From Alphaproteobacteria bacterium (lineage in GTDB: Bacteria; Pseudomonadota; Alphaproteobacteria; Rs-D84), in NCBI GenBank assembly GCA_017618175.1, contig JAFZUT010000020.1:5728-69727 (forward strand): 64,000 bases of DNA, in the 5' to 3' direction. The notes below the pieces were generated by a model. It had not been told where the DNA came from. It worked only from the letters and a program-made list of their open reading frames with translations, and ran no database searches. Both the position numbers and the translations under genes were made by a program. The stretch's first letter is position 1, and the number at the start of each line of letters is the position of its first letter. Below are positions 40,648-51,526 of this stretch, piece by piece.

Positions 40648-40922
40648 TTTTGATTTTGTTTTCCATATTCGAATAATTTTTTTGCCATTAAACCATCAAA
40701 TTTTATAACGCTTTTTTTATTTTTTTCTTTAACACTGGCAAAATACTTTGTTTTCCAAAAACGTGGTTTAATATATACAAAATCTGATTTTTTAATAGAA
40801 TAAATATCAACTTTATAGTCATCTGTATCATAAATCATATACTTATTATTATGAACAATAACACAGATTGGTTTCTGCTTCATAATATTTCTGTAAAGTT
40901 TATATTTATCCAAAAATTTCAT
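40644..40922 (-). CDS. hypothetical protein
   Basis: 92-aa basic protein between topA and dnaG; it overlaps dnaG by 4 nt. Confidence 0.3.
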   Translation of the reverse strand: MKFLDKYKLYRNIMKQKPICVIVHNNKYMIYDTDDYKVDIYSIKKSDFVYIKPRFWKTKYFASVKEKNKKSVIKFDGLMAKKLFEYGKQNQK

Positions 40923-40925
40923 ACC

Positions 40926-43163
40926 TTAACTCTTTTTACTAAATCTTTTACTTGGTTTTTTATTGTTTATTAAATCTATTGCGGTTTCTAAATCCGGTTG
41001 TTCGGTCACACTAACATTTACTTTATTAGATGATATATATGCGCCATATCGACCGGTTGGATAGAAATAAATCATTTTATCGGTCTTTGGGTTTTTTCCA
41101 ATTTGAATTGGTTCGACCTTTTTCTTGTCCGTCGATAATAATTCTTTTGCGATTTCTAATGTTATATTTTCGCGTGTATATTTTTTTGCAGATGCGTTTT
41201 TATTACCATCTGTCACATATGGACCAAATTTACCAATACGATAAGATATCCCGTTTCCCAATTCCAACGGTTCGTTTTTGTTTTGTTTTGTATCATTTGA
41301 ATCATCATTATTTAGCCGCATAGTATAATCGCACTTTGGATAATTTTCACAACCCACAAACGGTCCAAATTTTGAAAGTTTTATACCCAACGCTCCACCA
41401 CATTTTGGACATTTACTGTTACCATTTGGGAACAAGTGTTTTTTCATAAACGCGTTTATTTCATTTATAATATCACCGGTTTTAACATCACGTGCGCCGG
41501 AAATCATACCGCGCGTATCGTCCCAAAATTCATTTAACGCCGCAATTTTTTCGGTTTTGCCATTTGATACATCGTCCAAAGTATCTTCGGTGTTTGCGGT
41601 AAAATTCACATCAACCAAATCGGCAAAATATTTTGCCAAATACGCCGCAATAACCCAACCGCCCGATGTTGGATGGAACCTGCGCTGTTTATCTTGTTCA
41701 ACATATTTGCGGTCAACAATGGTTGACATAATCGTTGCATACGTTGATGGACGGCCTATACCCAATTCTTCCAATTTTTTAACCAAAGATGCCTCGGTAT
41801 ACCGTGCGGGTGGTTGTGTAAAATGCTGGGCAGGTGTTATTTCGGTGATTGTTATTTTATCACCGACATTCATTGCCGGTAATTTTGCATCTGTATCGTC
41901 ATCATTGTCATCGCGGTCTTCGATATAAACCTTCATAAATCCGTCAAATGTGCGTGTACGGCCCACCGCGTGAAAAGTTGCAATTTTATTATCGGTTAAA
42001 ATATCGGCTGCAACAGAATCAAATTCTGCATTTGTCATTTGACACGCAATGGTTCGTTTCCATATCAAATCATACAGTTTCTTTTCGTCACTCGACAATT
42101 CGTTTGCAGGCGTATCAAAGTGTGTTGGACGAATTGCTTCGTGTGCCTCTTGTGCATTTTTTGATTTGGTCACATAAATATTTGGCGATGCGGGTAAAAA
42201 TTTATCACCATAATTTTTTGAAATAAATTTTCGTATCTCACTAACTGCCTCGTTCGAAAGGTTTGTTGCATCGGTACGCATATATGTAATAAAACCATTT
42301 TCATAAAGTTTTTGCGCAACCGACATGGTCTTTTTCGATGAAAAATAAAGTTTGCGCGCGGCTTCTTGTTGCAACGTACTGGTTGTGAATGGCGCATACG
42401 GTTTATTTGAAACCTTTTTTCGTTCTATACGTGATATATCGGCATTCAGCGGCACATTCAGTTTTGATAAAACATTATCAACCATAGAATGATTCGTTAA
42501 TGTCATCTTGTCGATTTTGTCGCCATTAAAAACCGTTAATGTTGAATTAAAATATTGTTTATTAAAATTACATTTTGCGCCTATGGACCAATATTCGGTT
42601 GCCGTAAAATCTTCTATTTCACGTTCACGGTCAACAACCAATTTAACCGCAACCGATTGCACGCGTCCGGCGGATTTCCCAAGGTTGCGCCGCCACAACA
42701 ATGGTGATATTTCAAAACCAATAAGGTAATCCAACGCGCGGCGCACAAGGTACGCATCCACCAAATTAGAATCAATATCGCGCGGATGTGCAATCGCATC
42801 CAGAACCGCGTTTTTCGTTATTTCGTGAAACGCAACACGATATACCGGTGTTTTTCCCAACAATTTTTTTGAATTTAATATGTCCAGTATATGCCATGCA
42901 ATTGCTTCCCCTTCACGGTCAGGATCCGATGCCAGGTATACCGCATCTGCCTTTTTAACATTGTCTGTAATAAGTTTAATTTGTTTTTCTTTACCCGGCA
43001 TAATTTGCCAACGCATTTCAAAACTGTGTTCTGTATCAACACTGCCACTTTCTGGGACCAAGTCACGCACGTGACCAACCGATGCAATAACATGCCATCC
43101 GTTTCCAAGGTATTTTTCAATCGTTTTGGCCTTTGATGGAGATTCCACAATAAGCAAATTCAT
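40926..43163 (-). CDS. topA: DNA topoisomerase I
   Basis: MNLLIVESPSKAKTIEKYLG TOPRIM start, an active-site Tyr region, and C-terminal zinc ribbons (CPKCGG...C..C). Confidence 0.92.
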   Translation of the reverse strand: MNLLIVESPSKAKTIEKYLGNGWHVIASVGHVRDLVPESGSVDTEHSFEMRWQIMPGKEKQIKLITDNVKKADAVYLASDPDREGEAIAWHILDILNSKKLLGKTPVYRVAFHEITKNAVLDAIAHPRDIDSNLVDAYLVRRALDYLIGFEISPLLWRRNLGKSAGRVQSVAVKLVVDREREIEDFTATEYWSIGAKCNFNKQYFNSTLTVFNGDKIDKMTLTNHSMVDNVLSKLNVPLNADISRIERKKVSNKPYAPFTTSTLQQEAARKLYFSSKKTMSVAQKLYENGFITYMRTDATNLSNEAVSEIRKFISKNYGDKFLPASPNIYVTKSKNAQEAHEAIRPTHFDTPANELSSDEKKLYDLIWKRTIACQMTNAEFDSVAADILTDNKIATFHAVGRTRTFDGFMKVYIEDRDDNDDDTDAKLPAMNVGDKITITEITPAQHFTQPPARYTEASLVKKLEELGIGRPSTYATIMSTIVDRKYVEQDKQRRFHPTSGGWVIAAYLAKYFADLVDVNFTANTEDTLDDVSNGKTEKIAALNEFWDDTRGMISGARDVKTGDIINEINAFMKKHLFPNGNSKCPKCGGALGIKLSKFGPFVGCENYPKCDYTMRLNNDDSNDTKQNKNEPLELGNGISYRIGKFGPYVTDGNKNASAKKYTRENITLEIAKELLSTDKKKVEPIQIGKNPKTDKMIYFYPTGRYGAYISSNKVNVSVTEQPDLETAIDLINNKKPSKRFSKKS

Positions 43164-43165
43164 TT

Positions 43166-44311
43166 CTAACTTCCTTTGGCAGACAATTGTTGGTCTTTAT
43201 GTATATGCGCATTTTCACAAAGTCCAAAGCCGAACATCAGTGATAAAAGACTGCTGCCGCCAAAGGACATAAGTGGTAATGGCACACCCACGGTTGGAAC
43301 AAGCCCAAGCACCATGGAAATATTTATAAAATAATAAATGAAAAAGTTCAACATAAAACCAAAACAAACTAATTGACCGAACCTGTTGCGGCACATTTTC
43401 GCGGACCAGAACAGAATTGCGACAATCACGCTGTACAAAAATAACAGGATAAAAGCACCCAAAAAGCCGAATTCTTCGCCCAACATTGTAAATATAAAAT
43501 CAGTTTGCTTTTCCGGCAAAAACGACTGTTGCGATTGAGAGCCGTTCAAATACCCTTTGCCAAAAATACCGCCACTGCCGAATGCAATTTTCGCCTGGTT
43601 TATTTGATAACCGGCACCACGCGCATCGTGGTCAGGGTTTATAAACGTTATAATCCGGTTACGTTGATATTGGTGCAGACCACCATACCAAACGACCGGT
43701 GCGGCCATAACGGCAAGTATTGCACCAATAATAAACCATTTTTTGTTTGCCCCAACAATATAAAACATCCCCACCGTAATCATCGCAATAGAAAGCGCGG
43801 TACCTAAGTCAGGCTGCATAACAATTAGTGCAAACGGAATCAGCATCATAAGTGACGGCACAATATAGTTTTTGAATTTGGTTAAATCAACCGAGTTCAT
43901 CCACGCAAAATATCGGGCCAATGCCAAAACAAGTGCCATTTTGAACATTTCTGATGGTTGAATATGTATGAACCCAAGGTTTAACCACCGTTGCGCCCCC
44001 ATACCAGTATACCCGACAAAAGTGACCAAAATAATAAGAACCAATGCAATTGCATAAATGATATTTGCCGATTTTATCCATAATTTTATGTTTGTGAACG
44101 CGGCTATGAAAAACACCCCAAATCCAATTATGATTTTTAACAATTGCGACAGGGCAAATGGGTGCCATGCGCCCCCGCCCGCGGAATACAGTATTACAAC
44201 CGATATAATCAAAACCAAACACATTGGAACAAACAAAGGCCACGAAAAACGGGACAGTTTTTCGGAAAAACTCATCATATTTGCATTAGAAACGCGCGTT
44301 TGTCTGTTCAT
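43166..44311 (-). CDS. mrdB: Peptidoglycan glycosyltransferase RodA (SEDS family)
   Basis: Polytopic SEDS protein downstream of PBP2. The preferred start is the internal ATG (MNRQTRV...) directly after the mrdA stop; the ORF track extends to 44404. Confidence 0.8.
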   Translation of the reverse strand: MNRQTRVSNANMMSFSEKLSRFSWPLFVPMCLVLIISVVILYSAGGGAWHPFALSQLLKIIIGFGVFFIAAFTNIKLWIKSANIIYAIALVLIILVTFVGYTGMGAQRWLNLGFIHIQPSEMFKMALVLALARYFAWMNSVDLTKFKNYIVPSLMMLIPFALIVMQPDLGTALSIAMITVGMFYIVGANKKWFIIGAILAVMAAPVVWYGGLHQYQRNRIITFINPDHDARGAGYQINQAKIAFGSGGIFGKGYLNGSQSQQSFLPEKQTDFIFTMLGEEFGFLGAFILLFLYSVIVAILFWSAKMCRNRFGQLVCFGFMLNFFIYYFINISMVLGLVPTVGVPLPLMSFGGSSLLSLMFGFGLCENAHIHKDQQLSAKGS

Positions 44312-44313
44312 CT

Positions 44314-46089
44314 TTATTGTTCGTTCTCTAACAGTTTTTTCATTGTTGCGGCGGCGGTGCGTGCGGCACTGCCACTGGACCCGGAATGTTCCGTAATTAC
44401 GCATACGGCGTATTTTGGCGCATTCGTCGGTGCATACCCCACGAACAGCCCGTGATTACGCATATTCCATTTTAATTGTTCATTCGTCAACACACCCTTT
44501 AATCGCTCTGTGCGCGATATACTGCGTACCTGGGATGTTCCGGTTTTGCCGCCCATTTTTGCACCGTTAACATTTATCGCACTGCCGTATGCGGTTCCGC
44601 CCTGCTTTAACACTTCTTCCAACCCGTTCAAAACCAATTTAATATTTTTTTCGCGAAGCCCCATACTTTTAAAATTTGGTTTTTTATCGTTTTGTATAAG
44701 TCTTGGTATAACCCGGCGATTTGATGCGACACGTGCCATCATAACCGCCAATTGCATACAGTTCACCAATATAAATCCTTGGCCTATGCCAGAAATAATT
44801 GTATCACCGTGAACCCATTTAGAACCAATGTTTGATTCTTTCCATTTTCTGTCGGGAATAACACCGGCCATCTGTTTAGAAATAACATTTTCAATATATT
44901 TTTCTGTCATACCCAAACGAATAGCCATACGTTTAATCGCATCAATACCAATGCGCAATGCCAATTGATAAAAATAAATATCGCAAGAATGTTTCAATGC
45001 GCCAACCAGGTTGACTTTGCCGTGACCTTTGGCCTCCCAACAATGATAACGCCGGTCACCATAATCCCAATGTCCCGGGCAAAAAACGGTTTCGTTTGGT
45101 GTGACAGCACCGGCCTCCAATGCGGCAAGTGCAACGATAATCTTGAATGTGGAACCCGGTGGATATAACCCCTCAAACACTTTGTTCATAAAAGGTTTTG
45201 CAAAATTTTGCCGTAAACTTTCCAAATATTCTTCTGAATCATCACCGGAAAAGTTGTTTGGATCAAAACTTGGGGTGGATGCCATTGCCAAAATATCACC
45301 GGTTTCTATATCCAGTGCGACCCCGCATCCGGCCTTGTGCAAAGTCAATGAATCGTACAAAGCCCTTTGTGCCGCATCATTTATTGTTGTTTTTATGTCA
45401 CCCCCACCCACAGATGGTTTGAATTGGGTTTTGTCTTCACCGGTCACGCGCCCAACCGCATTTGTTATCATAACGGTTTGTCCCGGCGTTCCACACATAT
45501 TTTTATTGAACGTTTTTTCCAATCCGGTTATACCCGTTGTATAAAAAGGCGCATTTGCAACCGGTTTTTCCGGCGCACCAACATACCCAAAAAACTGCGC
45601 CCCCGCCGGCCCCAATTCATATACCCGACCATACCCACTTTGTACATGCAACCCCGCCAAGTTTTTTGCCTGGACCTGCGCAAGTGTATCCCAATCGGTA
45701 TTTTCACTGATTAAAACAGGTTGAAATTTTTGTTGTTTTTTTATGCGTGCCCATATTTTATCAACACGTTTTTTTGAAAGTTTCAAATCATTGGCAACCG
45801 TATCCACCAATTGTTCCAATTCTTCTGTTTCTTCGGGAATAATGTATATGCGATAAATCGGTGCATCGTGCGATATAACCGACCCAGTACGAGATAAAAT
45901 CTTGCCCCGTTCAGGCATATTTATTTGAATACGAAACGAATTATTTTCACTTTTCTTTTTATACCCGCGATACCCAAAAATTTGCATTTGCAACATCCGC
46001 AACACCAACCCAGATGTAAGAATCATACCCGTTGTTAAAAACAGTGCACTGCGCCGGTCAAATTGTTTTGATATTTCTGTATCAATCAT
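44314..46089 (-). CDS. mrdA: Penicillin-binding protein 2 (elongasome transpeptidase)
   Basis: N-terminal anchor, a dimerisation domain, and a transpeptidase domain with the STFK/SGN/KTG-type motifs (PGSTFKIIVALAA, GKTGTSQV). Confidence 0.85.
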   Translation of the reverse strand: MIDTEISKQFDRRSALFLTTGMILTSGLVLRMLQMQIFGYRGYKKKSENNSFRIQINMPERGKILSRTGSVISHDAPIYRIYIIPEETEELEQLVDTVANDLKLSKKRVDKIWARIKKQQKFQPVLISENTDWDTLAQVQAKNLAGLHVQSGYGRVYELGPAGAQFFGYVGAPEKPVANAPFYTTGITGLEKTFNKNMCGTPGQTVMITNAVGRVTGEDKTQFKPSVGGGDIKTTINDAAQRALYDSLTLHKAGCGVALDIETGDILAMASTPSFDPNNFSGDDSEEYLESLRQNFAKPFMNKVFEGLYPPGSTFKIIVALAALEAGAVTPNETVFCPGHWDYGDRRYHCWEAKGHGKVNLVGALKHSCDIYFYQLALRIGIDAIKRMAIRLGMTEKYIENVISKQMAGVIPDRKWKESNIGSKWVHGDTIISGIGQGFILVNCMQLAVMMARVASNRRVIPRLIQNDKKPNFKSMGLREKNIKLVLNGLEEVLKQGGTAYGSAINVNGAKMGGKTGTSQVRSISRTERLKGVLTNEQLKWNMRNHGLFVGYAPTNAPKYAVCVITEHSGSSGSAARTAAATMKKLLENEQ

Positions 46090-46537
46090 CTTGTACCGCC
46101 CGGATAGTTGTTGTTATTGGGATATACATAATTACAAGAATTAAAAACATCACCGCCCCAGATAACATATTTACAAGACTTAAATGCGACAAAACCAACA
46201 ATAAAATCACAGTTCCAACAAAACCCATAAACGGGTATATGCCATCCCGATTGGTATGCGTCAAATCAATAAATGTTTGCAGGTTTATAACAACATAAAA
46301 CATACAATAAAAAACCGTCCATATCAAAAGAGTATTAAACTTGTAATCAAGAAGAAAACAAATCAGTATTGCAAACGCGGCAAAATACGGCACAGGCCGT
46401 ATAAAAGAACAATAAAATATTGGTACAATCGCCAATATCCCACCGGGATTTATCCATGGCGCAGATAACCGCCACAAAGCCACCGTGATAAAAAACGGAA
46501 ACAAAACCTGTAAAGATTTTATAATTTGCCCTTTCAT
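46082..46537 (-). CDS. mreD: Rod shape-determining protein MreD
   Basis: Small five-TM protein placed between mreC and mrdA (assigned by synteny). Confidence 0.6.
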   Translation of the reverse strand: MKGQIIKSLQVLFPFFITVALWRLSAPWINPGGILAIVPIFYCSFIRPVPYFAAFAILICFLLDYKFNTLLIWTVFYCMFYVVINLQTFIDLTHTNRDGIYPFMGFVGTVILLLVLSHLSLVNMLSGAVMFLILVIMYIPITTTIRAVQDD

Positions 46538-47358
46538 TTATATTTATTTTGTTCAAAATTAAACTTTAACACCATAACGCGCGATAATTCCCGTGGGGTA
46601 AGAACATCTACATCTGAATCGTTTTTCATTTTTCCAACAAATATATCTGGGGGTAAAACGCCGCTTATACCACTGGTCACCAACTTCACACCGGCATCAG
46701 GTTGAAATTTATGGTCATTGAAAAATCCAATTGTTGGTGTGTTTGAACCGTTCCCGGACAAAAACCCATAGACCTCAGATCCGGCGACACGAACGGCGAT
46801 ATTGGTATTTGAATCTATCAAAGACCGTACACGTGCAAAATTTGCACCCGCATCGATTATTATGCCGGCCAATGTGTTATCAAAAGACACAACAACCATA
46901 CCCGCCCCAATCCCATCACGCGAACCACGGTTTATAAGAAAGGTTCCGTGATGCAATGCGGAATTATCAAATATAACATCTGCAACAACACTGGCATACG
47001 GATGGTTACGAACTATATCCAATTCGCGTTCTAATTCCTGGTTTTCAAGTAACGCAATATCACATTTGTTCTTATCGGCCAAAGCCTGGTCCAATCGGGC
47101 GCGTAATTCTTCGTTTTCTTGTTCAAGATTATAAATATCATGCACCCTTTTTATAATTTTCCCGCCCGCCCTAATCGGCCAAGTCACCAAATCACCAACA
47201 CCATTTACAACGGGCAACGCAATATGGGCAAACCCGTTCATAACACGATAATCCGGCTTTGCAACGACAATATATATAAAAACAAATGGCAAAACCGCCG
47301 CGACAATCGCGGATTTTATAATTGTGTGCAATCTGGAAGATATTTTCTTTGGGTTCAT
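46534..47358 (-). CDS. mreC: Rod shape-determining protein MreC
   Basis: N-terminal anchor, a coiled coil (NLEQENEELRARLDQALADKNK), and a beta-rich C-terminal domain. Confidence 0.72.
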   Translation of the reverse strand: MNPKKISSRLHTIIKSAIVAAVLPFVFIYIVVAKPDYRVMNGFAHIALPVVNGVGDLVTWPIRAGGKIIKRVHDIYNLEQENEELRARLDQALADKNKCDIALLENQELERELDIVRNHPYASVVADVIFDNSALHHGTFLINRGSRDGIGAGMVVVSFDNTLAGIIIDAGANFARVRSLIDSNTNIAVRVAGSEVYGFLSGNGSNTPTIGFFNDHKFQPDAGVKLVTSGISGVLPPDIFVGKMKNDSDVDVLTPRELSRVMVLKFNFEQNKYK

Positions 47359-47496
47359 TTGTGGTCAGTTTAAACTTAAAAAAATTATTATTCAATAAAA
47401 ACTTGATTTTCCATTTATTTATGTCAAAATACACCCGTTAAACGGTCTGAAATGGCAAGGCATTGCCATAAGGATTATTAAAAAAGAGGTTAAAAA

Positions 47497-47700
47497 ATGC
47501 CAAAATTGAAAACCAAGTCATACTTGAAAAAGCGTGCAAGAATGACCGCGACCGGGAAAATCAACGTTCGCAGAAACGCCCACAAAAAACTGTTGCGTAA
47601 AAAATCCGCGCGTGCAAATAACGCCGGTTCTAAACCACAGTATCTTAACGAAAACATGGTCGGCCAGGCTAAAATCTTGGCTCCATACGGTTTGAAATAA
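47497..47700 (+). CDS. rpmI: 50S ribosomal protein bL35
   Basis: [36 protein letters not shown]. Confidence 0.85.
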   Translation: MPKLKTKSYLKKRARMTATGKINVRRNAHKKLLRKKSARANNAGSKPQYLNENMVGQAKILAPYGLK

Positions 47701-47713
47701 AAGGGGGCGTAAA

Positions 47714-48079
47714 ATGGCAAGAGTAAAACGTGGAACAACGGTTCGTCAAAAACACAATAAAATTCTTGAAAGGGCCAAAGGTTATCTTGGCCGCCACAGC
47801 AGCACATATCGTGCCGCGCGCGAAAAATCTGAAAAGGCGGGTCAATACGCGTATCGCGATCGCCGTGCCAAAAAACGTGATTTTCGCAGTTTGTGGATTG
47901 TCCGTATCAATGCGGCGGTTCGCCCCAGTGGCATCACATACAGCCAGTTTATGAACGGCCTGCGCAAGGCGGGGATTGAATTGGACCGCAAGGTTTTGGC
48001 GGAAATGGCCTATGCCGGCGATAAAAACTTCGCCAAATTGGTAGAAACGTCAAAACGATTTATCAAGGGTGAAAAATAA
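47714..48079 (+). CDS. rplT: 50S ribosomal protein bL20
   Basis: [24 protein letters not shown]... Confidence 0.92.
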   Translation: MARVKRGTTVRQKHNKILERAKGYLGRHSSTYRAAREKSEKAGQYAYRDRRAKKRDFRSLWIVRINAAVRPSGITYSQFMNGLRKAGIELDRKVLAEMAYAGDKNFAKLVETSKRFIKGEK

Positions 48080-48157
48080 ACCCTTGGCGGCGAATTGTTT
48101 TTTGTTTATTATTATGGGGCCGCGTATGCGACCCCATATTTATTAAAAGGTAAGGTT

Positions 48158-49108
48158 ATGTTAAAACATCAAATTGAAAAAACGAAATCGTTGAATGAAT
48201 TACAGGAACTTTATACGTCCACATTTGGAAAAAATGGTACAATGACGGCGCGATTGCGCGATATGAAAAATCTTGATAACGATGCGCGTGCAGAATTAAA
48301 CCGTGAAAATACCGAATTGCGCGAATTGTTCAAAAACAAACAAACCGAATTAGAAAACGCGGCATTAAACGCGGCGTTGGCAGAACAGAAATTGGATGTC
48401 ACGTTGAACGGTGAACCGGAAAACAAAGGCACAATTCATCCGCTGACACAAAGTTTGCGCGAAATTTCCGCAATTTTGGAATCATTTGGATACAAACGTC
48501 ACACGGGCCCAGAAATCGAAGACGATTGGCATAACTTTACGGCATTAAACACACCGTCTTATCATCCGGCACGCGATATGCAGGATACATTTTTCTTGCA
48601 GAATGGTAATGTTTTGCGCACCCAGACATCTGCAATACAAATTCGTACGATGGAAAAATTGGGTGCGCCGATAAAAATGTTCGCCGTTGGTTCTACATAC
48701 CGTCGTGAAATGGATGCAACCCACGGCCCGATGTTTGGTCAAATAGAAGGTCTGTATATAGATAAAAATGTCACATTGGCTGATTTGATTGGTGATATAC
48801 GCGCGTTTTTCAAACGTTTTTTTGAATTGGATAATGTGGAATTGCGTATTCGTCCGTCATACTTTCCATTTACTGACCCCAGTATAGAGGTTGATATGAA
48901 ATGGAATGGTGAACGTTGGTTAGAAATGATGGGTGCGGGTATGGTTCATCCAAATGTTTTGCGTAATTGCGGCATAGACCCGGATAAATACCAAGGTTTC
49001 GCGTTTGGCTTTGGTTGGGACAGACTTACAATGTTGAAATATAACCTGCCGGATTTGCGCGATTTGTATGGCAACGATGTTCGGTGGCTGAAATCATGTG
49101 GATTTTAA
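48158..49108 (+). CDS. pheS: Phenylalanyl-tRNA synthetase alpha subunit
   Basis: Class II motifs (FPFTDPSIEVD, GFAFGFGWDRLTML). The ATG at 48158 with RBS AAAGGTAAGG is preferred over the TTG at 48095. Confidence 0.9.
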   Translation: MLKHQIEKTKSLNELQELYTSTFGKNGTMTARLRDMKNLDNDARAELNRENTELRELFKNKQTELENAALNAALAEQKLDVTLNGEPENKGTIHPLTQSLREISAILESFGYKRHTGPEIEDDWHNFTALNTPSYHPARDMQDTFFLQNGNVLRTQTSAIQIRTMEKLGAPIKMFAVGSTYRREMDATHGPMFGQIEGLYIDKNVTLADLIGDIRAFFKRFFELDNVELRIRPSYFPFTDPSIEVDMKWNGERWLEMMGAGMVHPNVLRNCGIDPDKYQGFAFGFGWDRLTMLKYNLPDLRDLYGNDVRWLKSCGF

Positions 49109-49123
49109 TTTTGGGGGTGTGAA

Positions 49124-51430
49124 ATGAAATGGACATTTGATTGGTTAAAAGATTATTTGAAAACAGATTTATCTGCGGCGGAAATTGCGGACACACTTAC
49201 ACGGACGGGATTAGAGGTTGAAGACCTTGTATCCCCTGTTCCGCCAATTGCGGCAAAAATTGTTGAATGCAAACCGCATGAAAACAGTGACCATTTGCAT
49301 GTGTTAATGGTTGATGATGGTTCCGGAACATTGCGCCAGGTTGTATGTGGCGCACCCAATGCACGCGTTGGTTTAATTTCTGCGCTGGCGGTGCCGGGAT
49401 GCGTAATCGCGGGGCAAAAAATAGAAAGCGGAAAACTTCGTGGTGTGGTATCAAACGGTATGATGTGCAGTGGTCGTGAATTGGGCATAAATGATGACCA
49501 CAGTGGTATTATCGAATTACCCAAAAACACAAAAATCGGTTCACCTGTTATCGATTGCCCAACGGTTTTTGATGCGGGGATTACACCAAACAGACCGGAC
49601 TATTTGGCGGTGCGCGGTGTGGCGCGTGACCTGTCTGCGGCGGGTGCAGGTGAATATATCGCCCCACATGATGATAAATTTGCGGTATCCGGCAATTCGC
49701 GCGGTGTTGAAATTAAAACCGATAAATGTCGCGCATATAAATTGGCGGAAATTCACAACATCAAAATTGGCCCAAGTACGCCGCGTATTGCAAATCGCCT
49801 GCGTGCGATTGGCATAAATCCCAAAAACGCACCAATCGATGCAACAAACTATATTTGCTATGATATGGCCCAGCCAATGCATTGTTTTGATGCAGATGAA
49901 ATTCATGGGAATATTGTTGTGCGTATGGCAAAACCAAAAGAAAAATTTACTGACCTGTTTGGGGTTGAACACGAATTGGTTGATACAGATATGGTTATCG
50001 CTGATGATAACAGTATTTTGGCGTTGGCCGGCGTGATTGGTGGCGCCCGCGGCATGACAACCGATAAGACAAAAAATATTATTTTGGAAAGTGCGTATTT
50101 TGACCCGGTCTGTGTCCGTAAAACATCAAAACGCCTGTCGATATCAACCGACGCATCATATCGGTATGAGCGCGGCATTGACCCAACAATTACCGGTTCG
50201 GCGTTGATGTGTGCGGTTAAAATTATAACCGATGCGTGCGGTGGAAAAATAATTGGTTTCGCGGCGGCGGGAATTGATACACCAACAAATGTTGCGATAA
50301 AATATTCGCCGGATGTATTCGCAAAAAAAACCGGATTGGAAATGTCCGTAAAAGATATGGAAAAAATATTAAAGCGTCTTGGCTATACGGGGGATTTCGC
50401 CGGCAAGACGTGGAAGATAACCGCACCAAATTCACGTACAGATGTTTCAATACCTGAAACAATAATCGCCGATTTAATTCGTATATATGGCTATGAAAAA
50501 ATCGCCCAGAACGACAAACATACAACCGGCGAAATTTTTGTAACACCTGATTATGAATTGAAATTAAAAGAATTATTGGCGGCACGTGGATTAAACGAAT
50601 GTCGTTCGTATGGCTTTGGTAATTCACGGGTCGAAGAATTGTTAGATAAAAAACCGTCTGTAATGGTTGCAAATCCAATAGTTGCAGATTTAGATACCGC
50701 GCGCAATACGGTATTGGGTGGGCTTTTGATTGCGGTGGCAAACAATGAAAAACGTGGATACCCAGATATGAATCTATTCGAATTGGGTACCGCATTTGAT
50801 GGTGACGAACCGAATGCCCAACACACAGAAATCGCGATTGTTCGCACCGGTGACACATCACCGAAACATTGGCAAAAACGCAATCGCCCTGTTGATATAT
50901 ATGATGTCAAGGCAGATGTTGTTTCATTATTAAATGGTCAAAACTTTACGATTGAAACCGAAAATCCGCCGCTTTGGGCGCACCCATATCGTTATGGTCG
51001 CATTGTCCAAGGTAAAAAGGTAATTGCCGAATTTGGTGAATTGCATCCGTCCGTTGCAAGGCGGTTAAAAATCAAAACCAAAGTTGTAATTGGGTTGGTT
51101 GACGATATAAATAACCTGCCCCGCCCTGTGGCAAAAAGAAAAACAATAAAAATGTCTGAATTTCAACCGATAACGCGCGATTTCGCATTTGTTGTGCCGA
51201 ATGATTTTCCGGCGGCCGGCTTGACGGCGGCGGCGCGGGCGGCATCGAACCTTATAACCGATGTTGTTGTTTTTGATTCGTTTGAAATGGGTGACGGAAA
51301 TAAATCTGTGGCATTTACGACAACGATTGTTCCGCCACAAAAAATGACCGAAGACGATTTGTCGAAACTGCACAGCGACATTATTGCGGCGGTGGAAAAA
51401 AAGTGCCCTGCCCGTGTGCGTGATAAATGA
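49124..51430 (+). CDS. pheT: Phenylalanyl-tRNA synthetase beta subunit
   Basis: 768 aa with the tRNA-binding N-terminal domain, B3/4, B5 and the C-terminal FDX-ACB domain. Confidence 0.9.
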   Translation: MKWTFDWLKDYLKTDLSAAEIADTLTRTGLEVEDLVSPVPPIAAKIVECKPHENSDHLHVLMVDDGSGTLRQVVCGAPNARVGLISALAVPGCVIAGQKIESGKLRGVVSNGMMCSGRELGINDDHSGIIELPKNTKIGSPVIDCPTVFDAGITPNRPDYLAVRGVARDLSAAGAGEYIAPHDDKFAVSGNSRGVEIKTDKCRAYKLAEIHNIKIGPSTPRIANRLRAIGINPKNAPIDATNYICYDMAQPMHCFDADEIHGNIVVRMAKPKEKFTDLFGVEHELVDTDMVIADDNSILALAGVIGGARGMTTDKTKNIILESAYFDPVCVRKTSKRLSISTDASYRYERGIDPTITGSALMCAVKIITDACGGKIIGFAAAGIDTPTNVAIKYSPDVFAKKTGLEMSVKDMEKILKRLGYTGDFAGKTWKITAPNSRTDVSIPETIIADLIRIYGYEKIAQNDKHTTGEIFVTPDYELKLKELLAARGLNECRSYGFGNSRVEELLDKKPSVMVANPIVADLDTARNTVLGGLLIAVANNEKRGYPDMNLFELGTAFDGDEPNAQHTEIAIVRTGDTSPKHWQKRNRPVDIYDVKADVVSLLNGQNFTIETENPPLWAHPYRYGRIVQGKKVIAEFGELHPSVARRLKIKTKVVIGLVDDINNLPRPVAKRKTIKMSEFQPITRDFAFVVPNDFPAAGLTAAARAASNLITDVVVFDSFEMGDGNKSVAFTTTIVPPQKMTEDDLSKLHSDIIAAVEKKCPARVRDK

Positions 51431-51436
51431 TAAAAA

Positions 51437-51459
51437 GACCGGCATTTGCCGGTCTTTTT
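51437..51459 (+). terminator. Rho-independent terminator GACCGGCA-TTTG-CCGGTC + TTTTT after pheT
   Basis: A perfect 7-bp GC stem followed by a T-run. The ORF-track TTG start of the next ORF lies inside it. Confidence 0.6.
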
Positions 51460-51526
51460 CAAAATAATCATTGAAAATTCACCAAAATGTTGTAATAAAG
51501 CTAAAAAAAGAACGAAAGGGTACGAT

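Noticed and set aside
48095-48157. ORF-track TTG start for pheS, giving a 21-aa N-terminal extension
   Set aside because: The ATG at 48158 has a good RBS and aligns with the PheS N-terminus. The extension is kept only as a low-interest regulatory note.
51446-51526. ORF-track TTG start for thyX at 51446
   Set aside because: That TTG lies inside the pheT terminator hairpin. The ATG at 51527 with an AAAGGG RBS is the plausible start.
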